The notes: generated by a model from the sequence alone, not told the origin. A DNA stretch of 47,292 nucleotides from a virus (IMGVR_UViG_3300012231_000015:1-47292), one strand, 5' to 3'; shown: positions 1 through 10,538, counted from the stretch's first letter. Numbers and translations are program-made.

Positions 1-828
1 CTCACGCGCGACATCAATCCTACCCTGAGTTTCGGCCTCAATCTTATCAGCCTCATTCATGTATCTGGTCTTAATGCCTGTATCGAAACTCTCCCTTGGA
101 TTTTGTGGATTGAACATCATGACTGTAGGCCCATTCCGTGCATCTACAGTCCAATTAGGATGGTCAATCTTATATCTAGCAATTCTATTCCGATCTACGC
201 TTACTTCATATCTTTGATCGGCAGCTTTTTCCTGCTGTTTTACTCGTTTACCAGCAGCATCAGCCGTAAGTAGATTGCCGGTTAATGTACGTTCCTGTGT
301 ATTAGCCTGATTCTCTAGTGCAGCAGTCTTATAATATGGTTCTGCCTTAGCCGTCCAATCAGCCATTTCACGGTGATAAGGTGCATACATCACCTTTTCA
401 TGAGTTTCAAATGGATCCTTAGAACCCACTCCCATGCCAAATGCTGACAGTCTACGTAATAGACCCGGTTCCTCACGTTTGGGAGCAGAATCCATGAGTG
501 CGCGTAGTCTATCCCTATCAGTAGTTTCAGGGGTATACTGTTGCATTAATCGAAGGATTTGATCGTTGGGATCTTCTTCCTCTTCAGGTTCATCAGGCTC
601 AGTCCGAGCGCGCATACGCTCAATCATACTAGGTTCAGCATCAGGCTCAGGCTCTTGACCACCATACTTAGGTACACCTCTAGAACGTGGATCATCTTGA
701 GATGGACCCTGAAACTGGTCATCAAATAGACCCCCCTGATTTTGGGAGCTATATTTAATATTACCCCCCACACCATATTGGTCTAAGAGGTTCTGTTTAC
801 GTAATTGACCGACGTTATAGGAGGCCAT
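1..828 (-). CDS. N-terminal part of a putative internal virion (ejection) protein that wraps across the window ends (~495 aa in total)
   Basis: ATG at 828-826 overlaps the TAA of 828..1874 (TAATG). Segments I translated (828-721, 60-1) read MASYNVGQLRKQNLLDQYG... and ...TQGRIDVARE; 828 nt = 276 codons, in frame with 47292..46633. It lies between two other ejection-type genes. Confidence 0.7.
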   Translation of the reverse strand, partial: MASYNVGQLRKQNLLDQYGVGGNIKYSSQNQGGLFDDQFQGPSQDDPRSRGVPKYGGQEPEPDAEPSMIERMRARTEPDEPEEEEDPNDQILRLMQQYTPETTDRDRLRALMDSAPKREEPGLLRRLSAFGMGVGSKDPFETHEKVMYAPYHREMADWTAKAEPYYKTAALENQANTQERTLTGNLLTADAAGKRVKQQEKAADQRYEVSVDRNRIARYKIDHPNWTVDARNGPTVMMFNPQNPRESFDTGIKTRYMNEADKIEAETQGRIDVARE

Positions 829-1874
829 TAGTAATCCAACCCCCCTCCACCACCCGTAGGCATAATGCCAGTATTCTGAACAGTCTGTCTAGACTGGAGA
901 GGAGCCTGTTGTCTCTTTTTCTGATAGTCAGAAAGGACATTACCAACCTGACCAGCCAGATTAGCACCTTGCTGGAACCGGCTCATGTTCTGCTCAAATT
1001 GACCTGGTAATGTTTGACCATTATTATTAGCATTCATGGCACCAATGCCAAAGTTACCAGTTGCATTAGCTGCATTCTGGGCCTGATCGCCAAACATTGC
1101 AGTTAAGCCCGGTGTGGTACCATATGTTGCCCGCATCCCAGATAATGCTTGGAATTGATTGTCAATATTGTTCTGATTGTACGCTGCCTGAGCTGCCGCA
1201 TTAGACGCGGACGCATTAGAGGCAGACTGATCAGCAGCCATCAGGGCATTGTTATTGTATTGCTGGATTTCCATGTCAGCAGCTAATCTCTGTTTCTCAA
1301 TGTCTGACATTCCACCCAATCCTGCAAGACGGCCCTGATTACGATTAGCTACGATACCACCTTCGACGTTCTGCATAGCATCTGCACCAGCCTGACTCTG
1401 TTCACGAGCCATTCTAGCTTGTGCGGCAAATGCATTAGGTGAGTATCCACCCTGTAATGATCTTTGTCTGCCCATTTCACGTTCAGCATTAGCATATGCA
1501 GCACGAACTGGACTAGTTCCACGCGCCCGCAGATTAGCTATATCTTGGGGGGAATATCCACCATTTTTACTGAAGTCCTCATATCCCTTATATGAGGAAA
1601 ATGGGTCATTATAATTCATGGTACGGGCTGTGATACCAAATGCACCACCACCCCCGCCACCACCTCCTGCTGCACCCCCACCTCCAGCAATACCTGACTC
1701 TATGGCACGATATCGATCCATCATGTCATTATAGTCATTATAGTTAGTCTCGGATGAACGCCCCAGATTGTACTGAGCATTCTCCACGATAGGTTTCTGA
1801 GCAGCATCAAAGTTAGCCGTCTGCTGCTGAATTACATTCTGTGAAGTTTTCTTAGGACTCTTGTCTTTACCCAT
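828..1874 (-). CDS. putative internal virion/DNA-ejection protein (Gly/Ala/Gln/Asn-rich)
   Basis: Low-complexity G/A/Q/N-rich helical protein with an MGKDKS-type start, directly after the tail GNAT gene, which is the usual position of podovirus ejection proteins. Confidence 0.6.
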   Translation of the reverse strand: MGKDKSPKKTSQNVIQQQTANFDAAQKPIVENAQYNLGRSSETNYNDYNDMMDRYRAIESGIAGGGGAAGGGGGGGGAFGITARTMNYNDPFSSYKGYEDFSKNGGYSPQDIANLRARGTSPVRAAYANAEREMGRQRSLQGGYSPNAFAAQARMAREQSQAGADAMQNVEGGIVANRNQGRLAGLGGMSDIEKQRLAADMEIQQYNNNALMAADQSASNASASNAAAQAAYNQNNIDNQFQALSGMRATYGTTPGLTAMFGDQAQNAANATGNFGIGAMNANNNGQTLPGQFEQNMSRFQQGANLAGQVGNVLSDYQKKRQQAPLQSRQTVQNTGIMPTGGGGGLDY

Positions 1875-1882
1875 AATAGCCT

Positions 1883-2254
1883 CTACAAATCAAGAATTAA
1901 CGATTGACCATCTGAGGGTCTGAACCCATTTTTCATGATTCTTTTGGTCCATTTAGAACCCTGACTCCAAGCGTATAATTGCTGGTATCCACATCGTTGG
2001 GATACGAAGATAGAGGCATCTAGAAGGTTATATAATGCCTGAATTCGTTCTGATGGAGTTCGTGTCATATTAGTAACGGTTATAATCTCAGGAATTGCCC
2101 GAACTCCACCAAATGACACTACACCCTGTTCATCCTCTACGACGAATGCACAGATGAAATTGAGGAAATTAGGCAAATCATTAGTTTCCTCAAAATATAG
2201 GTGATATAGTCTCTCTAATTCAGTTACATCGTCAGGAGTGAATGCTCGGATCAT
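1883..2254 (-). CDS. GNAT-fold acetyltransferase-like protein of the tail/ejection module
   Basis: MIRAFTPDDVTELERLY start, FVVEDEQGVVSFGG strand and KNGFR C-terminal motif are GNAT-like. GNAT genes commonly sit before ejection genes in podoviruses. Confidence 0.6.
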   Translation of the reverse strand: MIRAFTPDDVTELERLYHLYFEETNDLPNFLNFICAFVVEDEQGVVSFGGVRAIPEIITVTNMTRTPSERIQALYNLLDASIFVSQRCGYQQLYAWSQGSKWTKRIMKNGFRPSDGQSLILDL

Positions 2255-2256
2255 GG

Positions 2257-2607
2257 CTACGAGGGCGTATCAATACCTGCCAGTGCATTCCAAAGAGTGC
2301 GAACCTGCGACTCTAAGTCAATATCTGCGATCGTACAAGTAGATGTCTTAGTGGTGGGATCGTAAGTAGTTGCAGCGACCACATTGACTCCCATCACTAC
2401 TTGTGGACCAGCCTGAGTAGCTGATTGTTGAGGATATTGTGATACTTTTTGAGCATATGCTGCTCTCAACGTATGATAGTCTGTATTAGCTGGTTCCGTT
2501 AATATGGTACTACATACACGGGCCATAGTAGCAGTCACTCGTTCCATGAATCCACCAGGTAGAACATCGCGTGTCAATGCCATCTGTTCTGTTGAAGTAT
2601 CAGCCAT
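2257..2607 (-). CDS. hypothetical protein, tail-fibre associated
   Basis: 116-aa ORF in the tightly packed operon, downstream of the fibre genes. Confidence 0.55.
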   Translation of the reverse strand: MADTSTEQMALTRDVLPGGFMERVTATMARVCSTILTEPANTDYHTLRAAYAQKVSQYPQQSATQAGPQVVMGVNVVAATTYDPTTKTSTCTIADIDLESQVRTLWNALAGIDTPS

Positions 2608-2614
2608 ATATCAC

Positions 2615-3514
2615 CTATATTGGAATCGAACAATCAAGTGCCAAAATAACTGATCCATTAAAGGTACCAGCTACAGGAAATAAATCTACTTTAGCCAGTC
2701 CAGCACTAAATGCTGCCACACCAACAAGCCATGCACCACCCTGATTATAAGTAAAAATGCTAACAAAACTAATAGTGGGGGTAATCGGTAAATTAAGAGT
2801 TATTGCACCAAGACTAGTAACAGATCCAGAAACATAAGTTATCCAATGTACGGTCGTACCAACTACTGAATACTGATGTACTCCAGACCAAGGTGGAAGT
2901 AAGTAAGATGTAGAAGGAATCCAATCCCCTACTGCTACTGCACGATTACGTTCAAAGTAAGAACCACTAATAAGAAGAGCACCTGCACTGTTCAGTACAA
3001 ATAATGCAACTCCACCAATCCACACCTGAAGCGAATTCAGATAGTTCAGAATTCTATACGTGATAGGAACTTGAGTATCTGTAAGATCTAATTCAGCATA
3101 ACTATATCCAGATATAGTCTGTGGGGCAGTGAATGTATTAGCTAGATTAGTCCATGCAGCATTTACCAGAGCGTCAGATCCCCCCGGCTCATGAAATGTA
3201 TGATGTGGAGTAAGAGGATCCCCAGTATCTCCCTTAACACCCTGAATTCCCTGTGGTCCTTGAATACCTTGTGGTCCTTGTGGACCGGGAACTGTAGAAT
3301 CTGCACCTGTAGCTCCTGTTGGTCCTATCGGTCCTATTGGCCCTTGTATTCCTTGTGGACCCTGTGGTCCCGGTACTGTACTATCTGCACCAGTTGGACC
3401 CTGTGGACCTATTGGTCCCTGAATACCTTGTGGACCAGTTGGACCTACTGGACCCGCATTCATAGGATTCCATATAGGAACCCATTCAGTTGTAGCTGGA
3501 TCAGGTGTAGCCAT
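2615..3514 (-). CDS. collagen-like tail/head fibre protein
   Basis: Long G-X-Y run ([11 protein letters not shown]...) with a duplicated [19 protein letters not shown] unit, an [11 protein letters not shown] motif shared with the 549-aa fibre, and a beta-rich C-terminus. Confidence 0.75.
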   Translation of the reverse strand: MATPDPATTEWVPIWNPMNAGPVGPTGPQGIQGPIGPQGPTGADSTVPGPQGPQGIQGPIGPIGPTGATGADSTVPGPQGPQGIQGPQGIQGVKGDTGDPLTPHHTFHEPGGSDALVNAAWTNLANTFTAPQTISGYSYAELDLTDTQVPITYRILNYLNSLQVWIGGVALFVLNSAGALLISGSYFERNRAVAVGDWIPSTSYLLPPWSGVHQYSVVGTTVHWITYVSGSVTSLGAITLNLPITPTISFVSIFTYNQGGAWLVGVAAFSAGLAKVDLFPVAGTFNGSVILALDCSIPI

Positions 3515-3864
3515 TACTGTTTCTTACTCTCGTTAAGAAGCCAGTCGATGCATTCGAGCGCGTGTCTAGTAGGTGTACCTGACTGCCAAGGAACCATAGT
3601 CATATAGTTATACAACATATCAAATTCAATCATATCTATCTTAAGTTCCACACCATCGACTAGTTGTCTCTCAGGCTCACCATTTGGCATCTTCTTACCA
3701 CATGGCTTCAATTCACTGATAGCTTCTAACTTCTCAAATAGTCCCATTTCACGACGAAGGATAGTTAATCCCTTCTTCTCTATTAAACTACCACCAAGAA
3801 CAAATCCAACGAAACAGAATTCAAAATGTCTCTTACCTAAATCGTCATTAAATCGTAGAATCAT
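3514..3864 (-). CDS. hypothetical protein between the fibre genes (possible chaperone); start probably MILRFNDD
   Basis: Track ORF is 3514..3897; the ATG at 3864 follows the fibre stop and an AAGGA RBS. Confidence 0.5.
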   Translation of the reverse strand: MILRFNDDLGKRHFEFCFVGFVLGGSLIEKKGLTILRREMGLFEKLEAISELKPCGKKMPNGEPERQLVDGVELKIDMIEFDMLYNYMTMVPWQSGTPTRHALECIDWLLNESKKQ

Positions 3865-3866
3865 AG

Positions 3867-5516
3867 TTAATCCTTGTAACAGAGAATAGTAGTCCAATAC
3901 ACTGGAACATTAGACTGGACATCTGTTGCTCCAGTTAATCCCGGTGCAGCCGCATCAGTAGTTCCACCAATAGCCTGACCACCATCATTTGGAATGAATC
4001 CAGTCACATTGATTGAATGTGAGTGATCACCCACTGTATCAGTAGCACCAGCTACGTTAACACTAAAGTCATGGAAATGATTTGTGGCTGAAGCAGTGAA
4101 ACTACCACCTGCATCAGCTCCCGAACTACCACCCTGAGCATTACCTGTACTACCTGATCCGGAGGCAGTTACCCCATGTGAGTGACCACCTGCTGGACCA
4201 CTAGTTCCACTACTTCCGATAGCTCCACCATGACTGTGGACTGGCATGGTAGCTGCGGCTAATCCATGTGCGTGTGAAGCTACAGTTCCACTTAATGTGT
4301 GCGCATGAGTATTAGCACCGCCGACTGATCCCCATGTGGGACTGGCTACTAGAAAATAACCGTCAGCCTGACTGACTCTCGTATAACCGATAGGACATGG
4401 ACCTGCACTTAAAACAATAAATCCCGATGGAATCTGTGGGATTGCCCACTGTCCAAATCCATTCAGGAAATATCGCGCATCTCCATTCAGGTCTATTGGT
4501 CCTACAGTTCCAATACCCAAATTAGTCCGTGCCGTCGATGGAGTAGTTGCCCCCGTCCCACCCTCACTGACTGGAATAATTGCTACAGTTGATGGTTCAC
4601 CTGCTGTACTTTTAACGTATCCATTAGCCAGCAGACTGAGTGCGCGTTCATTCACTAACTGAGGATGTGGGGATACAGTCCAATACGTGGCATCTACAGC
4701 TGGATTGATGGCAATTCCTACCCCCGGCCAAGGCTCTGGAGGAGTAGTAGTACCATCCACCACGCACATATAAGCAATGCCATCCGGACCAATAACGATA
4801 TCACCATCATTGTATACACTCGTTACATAATCACCCAGATAGTCCAGATTCATTCCACCGCCTGCTCCGCCGGGAGGGGGTGCGAATGTTCCATCTGCTC
4901 TCAGAAAATTAACTGTACCGCCGGGATATCCAGCTAAATTGGTGACTGTAACTGGATCAATGTTTCCAGCAGAATGAGTGATAGCATGTGGTCCCGGTCC
5001 TGCATTACCCGGTTTAGCTTGATTAGGTCCAGTTCCTAGAGTTCTTAAAGATCCTACAGTGGGAATTGCATCCACTGTCATGGGATCTATGCCACCCGGC
5101 TCATGTGTGGGTGCGTGAGGCCCACCACCAGATCCCCCAGCCGCGTGTACTATAATCTGACCGGGAGTAGCTGTATTTAATGTGACATTAGTTCCAGCTA
5201 CCAGCCTACGATGATTAGCTAATGTAGCTTCAGTATTGACTGTAATGAATGTTTCATTTAATGGTTGAATAGGTCCGGGAGGTCCGGGTGGTCCCTGTGG
5301 TCCTGTACCAGATCCTCCACCATTATCACTACCGGGAATAATACCTTGTGCCGCCTGTGTTGCACTAGTAATCGATTCACCAGTAATAAACTGGTCTAAT
5401 CTATTGATAATTTCTTGAATTGTCTGATATAATGCTGGATCGATGGACTTAGACTGAGCTAAGACACTGACTAAATCCGCAAATTGTGGGGGCTTTCTTG
5501 GTGGTTTGTACGCCAC
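3867..5516 (-). CDS. tail fibre protein (short collagen, HxxTHxxGxxDP repeats, CBM-like insert, collar plus His-x-His needle)
   Basis: HAPTHEPGGIDP/HAITHSAGNIDP repeats; YNDGDIV...YMC CBM5/12-like segment; IPSGFIVL...CPIGYT collar; repeated HAH/HSH/HFH motifs as in metal-binding fibre tips; SNVPVY...YKD end. Confidence 0.8.
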   Translation of the reverse strand: MAYKPPRKPPQFADLVSVLAQSKSIDPALYQTIQEIINRLDQFITGESITSATQAAQGIIPGSDNGGGSGTGPQGPPGPPGPIQPLNETFITVNTEATLANHRRLVAGTNVTLNTATPGQIIVHAAGGSGGGPHAPTHEPGGIDPMTVDAIPTVGSLRTLGTGPNQAKPGNAGPGPHAITHSAGNIDPVTVTNLAGYPGGTVNFLRADGTFAPPPGGAGGGMNLDYLGDYVTSVYNDGDIVIGPDGIAYMCVVDGTTTPPEPWPGVGIAINPAVDATYWTVSPHPQLVNERALSLLANGYVKSTAGEPSTVAIIPVSEGGTGATTPSTARTNLGIGTVGPIDLNGDARYFLNGFGQWAIPQIPSGFIVLSAGPCPIGYTRVSQADGYFLVASPTWGSVGGANTHAHTLSGTVASHAHGLAAATMPVHSHGGAIGSSGTSGPAGGHSHGVTASGSGSTGNAQGGSSGADAGGSFTASATNHFHDFSVNVAGATDTVGDHSHSINVTGFIPNDGGQAIGGTTDAAAPGLTGATDVQSNVPVYWTTILCYKD

Positions 5517-5831
5517 TTAATTACCCGGATGCGAAGTAGCTATTTCCTTCATGAAAACCGTGATACGACGGATTCTGAACTTCTCGCCAAAGTTCTGAGT
5601 CTTAAATTCCAGACTTGCTCTCTGTTCTACGAAATTAATGATTCTAGTCTGAAAGATTCGACCAGTTAATGCCAATGGAAGATAGACTAGATTCTTAACT
5701 TTAATGTCATCTAATGAGAGAATTCTCATTTCTAATGCGCTGCCATTTCCTGTCGCACGAATACGCAATGCAGCGAAGTGAGTGATATTATCGCCTGAAC
5801 TACCCTCACTGAGTACAGCTCCTTTTGGCAT
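5517..5831 (-). CDS. small tail protein resembling the C-terminal segment of a podovirus nozzle (P22 gp10/T7 gp12 type)
   Basis: Beta-strand pattern ...ASLEFKTQNFGEKFRIRRITVFMKE. Starts 2 nt after the stop of the 708-aa gene, with a GGAG RBS. Confidence 0.45.
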   Translation of the reverse strand: MPKGAVLSEGSSGDNITHFAALRIRATGNGSALEMRILSLDDIKVKNLVYLPLALTGRIFQTRIINFVEQRASLEFKTQNFGEKFRIRRITVFMKEIATSHPGN

Positions 5832-5833
5832 GT

Positions 5834-7960
5834 TTACTCTCCGAGTAGTGCTGTACGAATCGTGGGATTAGGAATCTTAACACTTCCATTGTAGTAAGTA
5901 TCGTAATGACCTGCCTTCTTTGGATTAATGTAGTAAGTCCCCCACTTAGCATTTGGGGGAATTCCAGTCCCAGATGGGTCTACTGCACCCAAAATCAGCT
6001 TATTGATTTCGATTAGACAAGTACAATACATTTGTGCATCGAATGTCCACTTAGCCCACTTGATGTGCTTAGGATCCAGTCCATCTCCATAGTCAGCATG
6101 TAATACAGTGTATTGGCTACCTGCTGGTAAGGTAATCCATATCTTCTTGGTTAGTGAATCGTTGGAGACTTGGATGTATCGGAAGCTATTACGGTCCAAA
6201 TTAGCCCAGAAATTCTCAATTTTCCAGCTTAACTCGGGGCGCGCATACACACCATTGAATAACATGAATCCTGACCAATCCGCGATGAGCAGATAGTCGA
6301 TATTCACGCCACCAGAGTCAAGGACTGATGCGATGCCATGTACTGGACTGCCAACACCCTGATCGATGACTTCTTCCTGCCATGTAGCAGGTTCATCTCT
6401 ATTGTCTGAGTACGCGTATGTACGAGATCTCTTGAAAAGATACAGAATATCACGGAATTCCTGCACATTAGTGAGTGGATTGCCATCTAATGGTACGATA
6501 ATCAGCCCATCTACCTTCGAGATAGCTTCCGGCTCACCCGGCATACTGACTCGCGCAACTGACCTATTATCAGGTTTCGTCGTATCAGGTGTTCCATCTT
6601 CCTTTTCAGGATAGGAACCCTCTCCAACCAACACTAGCCGTGAATGATATGTATTGAGTGCGACTCCAGCAGGGATTTCACTGTAATTATCGATTAGATG
6701 GGATGCATCAGCCACTAGATCTGAATCATAGTAACTGACATTCATAATAACATCTGTCATGTTAGGCAACGTGCCTTTAGGGATGAAGAAGAACTGATAT
6801 CCCTTCTGATCTCCATTATATTCAGGAATTGCCTTAGTCGAGACTAGGTGCCTCTTGACTACATTAACATTCACAGGGGGTATTGGAACAGGAATATTAT
6901 GTACTCCAATTCCTTGAGATGAATTCGTATATGTGTTAGATGCAAAGAATTGTGGTCCCGGTGCAGTTAAATAGCCTGAATCAGTCTCAAAGACTACACC
7001 GACAATATGAAATCCAATATCACAGTGTCCTCCCGGTACATTATTAATTACTAACATTCCTACGTTTACATTATTAGGACTACTAGTATTAACAGTTATT
7101 GCTGGTTTAGTACCTAGAGTAGTGTCATCAATATCAATTGTTAATTCTGTAGTAGTACTATCGTTAATAACGGCTGCTTCAAATAATCCAGTAGTAGCCC
7201 CTGCCTGACTCATTGCTATCTGTCTAGGAAACGGACCAAGTGGGATACCGGTTAACTTGATCTTCTTATCACCTGGCGCAAGAATTTGTTGGACTACTGT
7301 TGGACCATAGCCACCATTACTAAATGTTACAGTAAAAACATGTAGTCCTTCTGTTACAACTCCAACTACAGAATCATTGTATACGACAAATGGCTTCAAT
7401 CCATTTGCAACGCTAGGAGATGTACCATTGTATGGAGGTGCCCCGGCAGCTTTACGCGCAGGTGTAGTTGCCTTCCCATCATACACATAGAGGAATTGAT
7501 TCGGCAGCCCAATCTCGTAGTTAATTCCCTGTTTATCCGGTAATGAATGGAATGGAGTGATATATGCGCGGCCATTAATAGCCACAAATCCAAAGTCCGT
7601 CATTCCAACAAGTGATAAAACTTGGAAGGGAATTGCACCCGCAGCTCTACTAGTAATATGATGAATAGTTCCCGTAGTACCGCCGGGACCACCAAATACA
7701 ATAGTCAATACGAGTAATGTTGGACCTCCAGTAGATCCCGGACCAACAGTTACATAGTCATAAACTCGATAAATATTGTTTATGGCAACATCAGTATGAT
7801 ACTTATCCAAAGGATCACGAGTCTCTACACCCGAATCAAAGAATTGAACATTAGTAGCTTCAATGAAATGATCCGCGGGAACTGATTCAGGATCTCCACG
7901 ATCCCACAGTCCACCGAACTCTTCAATGATAAATGCTTCGTGATCTCGAATTCCTGGCAT
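5834..7960 (-). CDS. tail nozzle/tubular protein B-like (beta-propeller)
   Basis: N-terminal EEFGGLWDR...ATNVQF motif; YHSRLVLVG, FRDILYLFKRSRTY and GFMLFNG propeller-like repeats; downstream of the adaptor. Confidence 0.7.
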   Translation of the reverse strand: MPGIRDHEAFIIEEFGGLWDRGDPESVPADHFIEATNVQFFDSGVETRDPLDKYHTDVAINNIYRVYDYVTVGPGSTGGPTLLVLTIVFGGPGGTTGTIHHITSRAAGAIPFQVLSLVGMTDFGFVAINGRAYITPFHSLPDKQGINYEIGLPNQFLYVYDGKATTPARKAAGAPPYNGTSPSVANGLKPFVVYNDSVVGVVTEGLHVFTVTFSNGGYGPTVVQQILAPGDKKIKLTGIPLGPFPRQIAMSQAGATTGLFEAAVINDSTTTELTIDIDDTTLGTKPAITVNTSSPNNVNVGMLVINNVPGGHCDIGFHIVGVVFETDSGYLTAPGPQFFASNTYTNSSQGIGVHNIPVPIPPVNVNVVKRHLVSTKAIPEYNGDQKGYQFFFIPKGTLPNMTDVIMNVSYYDSDLVADASHLIDNYSEIPAGVALNTYHSRLVLVGEGSYPEKEDGTPDTTKPDNRSVARVSMPGEPEAISKVDGLIIVPLDGNPLTNVQEFRDILYLFKRSRTYAYSDNRDEPATWQEEVIDQGVGSPVHGIASVLDSGGVNIDYLLIADWSGFMLFNGVYARPELSWKIENFWANLDRNSFRYIQVSNDSLTKKIWITLPAGSQYTVLHADYGDGLDPKHIKWAKWTFDAQMYCTCLIEINKLILGAVDPSGTGIPPNAKWGTYYINPKKAGHYDTYYNGSVKIPNPTIRTALLGE

Positions 7961-7962
7961 GA

Positions 7963-8370
7963 TTATAACCAGATAAGTGTCAGGATACCCACTACCTGAG
8001 TAGTTGGGGGTGCAGGGGGTGTAACGTTAAATATAAAACCACCTTGAACACCTAAAGTCAGTTCTAATGAAAGAAAGGTTGGATTAGTTTTATGAAGTTT
8101 AATACCTTGTCCAGTTGCAACATCAACAGTATCCAATATTCTTATTTCTCTCGTATTAGTAGGATCTGGAATGATTAATAGTCCTGTTGGTGGACCCAAA
8201 CCTTTAGCACCAGAAGGCCATACAGCAGAGGCTCCACCAGCACCAGCATTAATAGTAAGTGTCTCTATAAAAACAGGAGACTTGATATTGGGGATCATAC
8301 TCTGAAAAATGCTCAGAGGAATGTCCCCAGATGTGTATGCATGAACATCAACAAATGCAGTGGTTGCCAT
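7963..8370 (-). CDS. hypothetical virion protein
   Basis: 135-aa beta-rich ORF translationally coupled within the tail operon. Confidence 0.55.
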   Translation of the reverse strand: MATTAFVDVHAYTSGDIPLSIFQSMIPNIKSPVFIETLTINAGAGGASAVWPSGAKGLGPPTGLLIIPDPTNTREIRILDTVDVATGQGIKLHKTNPTFLSLELTLGVQGGFIFNVTPPAPPTTQVVGILTLIWL

Positions 8371-9047
8371 TAGCGGCCCCTCATCTTGTAGCTGTATCTG
8401 AATGGTCGATGTCGTGTCATAATTTGCTGCTTACCCTTATTGCTGATTGCAATAGTTCTTTCCAGTGCTTTATCAGCAAGATCATTCAATACCTCAGCAC
8501 GAGTTTCATTCTCTCCGATAAACATCGCACACATGGCGGCAGTCTTATAGATCAGAAACATTTCTGCATTGTTAGTAAAGTATGCCTTATCATCAGAATC
8601 CGCACCAGATAGGGGTCTGAAGATATAGTTCAACCGAACTTCCATATTTACATTAGCACCCTTCATATTGAATACAATATGCTGATTCTTCCAGCACCAA
8701 GACACAAGTGAATTGGTGGGTGGAAAATCATCAGGGAATTCCCTTCGCTGCAATAACATGTATGATCCGTTAGATCCTGCTTGACGTTCATACACTTCCT
8801 GAATTTCAATCAGACCAGCCGGAAGATTAGTCAGATATCCACTTCCTGCGGGTACATTAAGATCAGTTGAAGTTTCATTAGAGATAGGAATATTATATTC
8901 CATCAGCACTTGGTCTAATTCACCCAAAGCTAATGAAAAGAATGGACCACAAGCTACTGCATTATAATCAGTTTGCTGCGGATCATTCATCAATGCTGCT
9001 ACTTCGAGCAGTATGATGTTTTTGCTGGTAGTTAAACCACCTGCCAT
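8370..9047 (-). CDS. head-tail adaptor / tail tubular protein A-like
   Basis: Helical N-terminus (VAALMNDPQQ), central beta region and LIYKTAAMCA C-terminal helices; position between head genes and nozzle. Confidence 0.6.
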   Translation of the reverse strand: MAGGLTTSKNIILLEVAALMNDPQQTDYNAVACGPFFSLALGELDQVLMEYNIPISNETSTDLNVPAGSGYLTNLPAGLIEIQEVYERQAGSNGSYMLLQRREFPDDFPPTNSLVSWCWKNQHIVFNMKGANVNMEVRLNYIFRPLSGADSDDKAYFTNNAEMFLIYKTAAMCAMFIGENETRAEVLNDLADKALERTIAISNKGKQQIMTRHRPFRYSYKMRGR

Positions 9048-9056
9048 ATTACTACC

Positions 9057-9287
9057 CTACGAAATTACCCAAGCAGAATTACCAGCCGTAATCGTGCAGG
9101 TGATAGTCGTAACACCAGTCAGATCGAATTCCTTGATGTTATCTCCTGCTCCAGTGGCTACCTGAATCTGGACTGCTGGAGCATCAAAATCAAATACAAT
9201 ATTCTTCACATCTCTAATGACCAGAGCTGTGACCTGTACGTTCGGACCCGTTTTCGCCGTTACTGTAGCCTGATGTGTTCCGGGCAT
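9057..9287 (-). CDS. small hypothetical virion protein
   Basis: 76-aa Thr/Val-rich ORF with an AGGA RBS. Confidence 0.55.
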   Translation of the reverse strand: MPGTHQATVTAKTGPNVQVTALVIRDVKNIVFDFDAPAVQIQVATGAGDNIKEFDLTGVTTITCTITAGNSAWVIS

Positions 9288-9303
9288 CTTGTCCTACTTT
9301 CTT

Positions 9304-9999
9304 TTACTGAGCGAATGTGAGATTCAACTTCTTTGCGAGTTCCGGATCTGCGATAGCCTTACATGTCTGACAGATGGGGAATTGACCATTTCTGAGTGCG
9401 CCACATGCCACACAACGGATTAATTCCGCTGCCTGCATGTCACCTAACCACGGTTTTTGCGTAATATTCAGTTGTTTACACGCAAGCCGTGCGTCATCTG
9501 AGATGGAGAGTGGATTTCCATTCGACCGACTCCACATAACATCAGAGATTCGAATGATTTCCATGAACCACTTCTTCTGTTTGGCCTGAGCATCAATCAG
9601 AAGAGGCATATGGTCTTTTTTCAGTCCATCTTGAGTGTGTTCCCCGGGAATATAAAAGATGCCCGGCTTCTGATCACCCGCATTGCTAGCAAGCAGACAA
9701 TTACAGTAGTCATTGACGATAGAATCAGCAACTTGGATGGAACTGACTGGAATTTCCAGTAACGGCTGATGTTCATCGATTTCCTTCCACCAACTACTGG
9801 TGCCCACTACAAGAATTGACGGTTTTTCAAAACTACCCGGAGGAATTTCAAAGAATCCGGGTGTAATCGTTGCCTTACTCTCCCGAACCCACTTTGGAAA
9901 AATACTCACTACAGTACACTTGTCCATTGGATTGACGGGAGCGCGCAGAGTCCGACGATTAATCTGACTAATACCCGGAAATTCACCTACAATACTCAT
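9304..9999 (-). CDS. hypothetical protein with C-terminal Zn ribbon
   Basis: CVACG...CQTC near the C-terminus. Confidence 0.6.
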   Translation of the reverse strand: MSIVGEFPGISQINRRTLRAPVNPMDKCTVVSIFPKWVRESKATITPGFFEIPPGSFEKPSILVVGTSSWWKEIDEHQPLLEIPVSSIQVADSIVNDYCNCLLASNAGDQKPGIFYIPGEHTQDGLKKDHMPLLIDAQAKQKKWFMEIIRISDVMWSRSNGNPLSISDDARLACKQLNITQKPWLGDMQAAELIRCVACGALRNGQFPICQTCKAIADPELAKKLNLTFAQ

Positions 10000-10001
10000 A
10001 T

Positions 10002-10538
10002 TTATTCCTTAGTGTAATTTGGGGGAACTACAATACCCTGCTTGTAACGCAGTGCATCGCCTACATTTGTCTCATCACCGAATAATTCCCCTTGTAATTC
10101 GGTAATCCTCTGTTCACGGCCTTCAGGGGTAGTATTTTTCTCTGAATCTACGTATTTTCTCAGAGAGGCTTTACCCAAAGCTGCAAAAAGCGTATCCACA
10201 ACAAACTTAGTAGCAGCCCATATAGGAGGTAATGCGTTCTGGTCGCCATCACAGTATGACCAAATCGGTTCGTAACTGATTTTAACTGCTGGGAGTTCAT
10301 GTTGACTAATTTCGGGAACTGCTACCAGCCGTTCCAACACATACATTTCTTTCATGTATGGATATTTCTTCACTTCTCTTACTTCAGCGTGGAGAAGTTG
10401 AATTCCACCAACCATATCCACCAGCCGCATCTCAGTCTCATCTGGTGCCCACACGATACGGAAGGATGGTTGTCCTGTTACTACGTCAGTTCCGTAGTAA
10501 TTAATGAGTCGCTGATTCAATGATTCTATGGATTCCAT
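10002..10538 (-). CDS. hypothetical protein (head-tail region)
   Basis: 178-aa ORF in the operon; no motif recognised. Confidence 0.6.
   Translation of the reverse strand: MESIESLNQRLINYYGTDVVTGQPSFRIVWAPDETEMRLVDMVGGIQLLHAEVREVKKYPYMKEMYVLERLVAVPEISQHELPAVKISYEPIWSYCDGDQNALPPIWAATKFVVDTLFAALGKASLRKYVDSEKNTTPEGREQRITELQGELFGDETNVGDALRYKQGIVVPPNYTKE

Noticed and set aside
3191-3607. Plus-strand Trp/Ser/Leu-repeat ORF
   Set aside because: Antisense shadow of the collagen G-X-Y codons.
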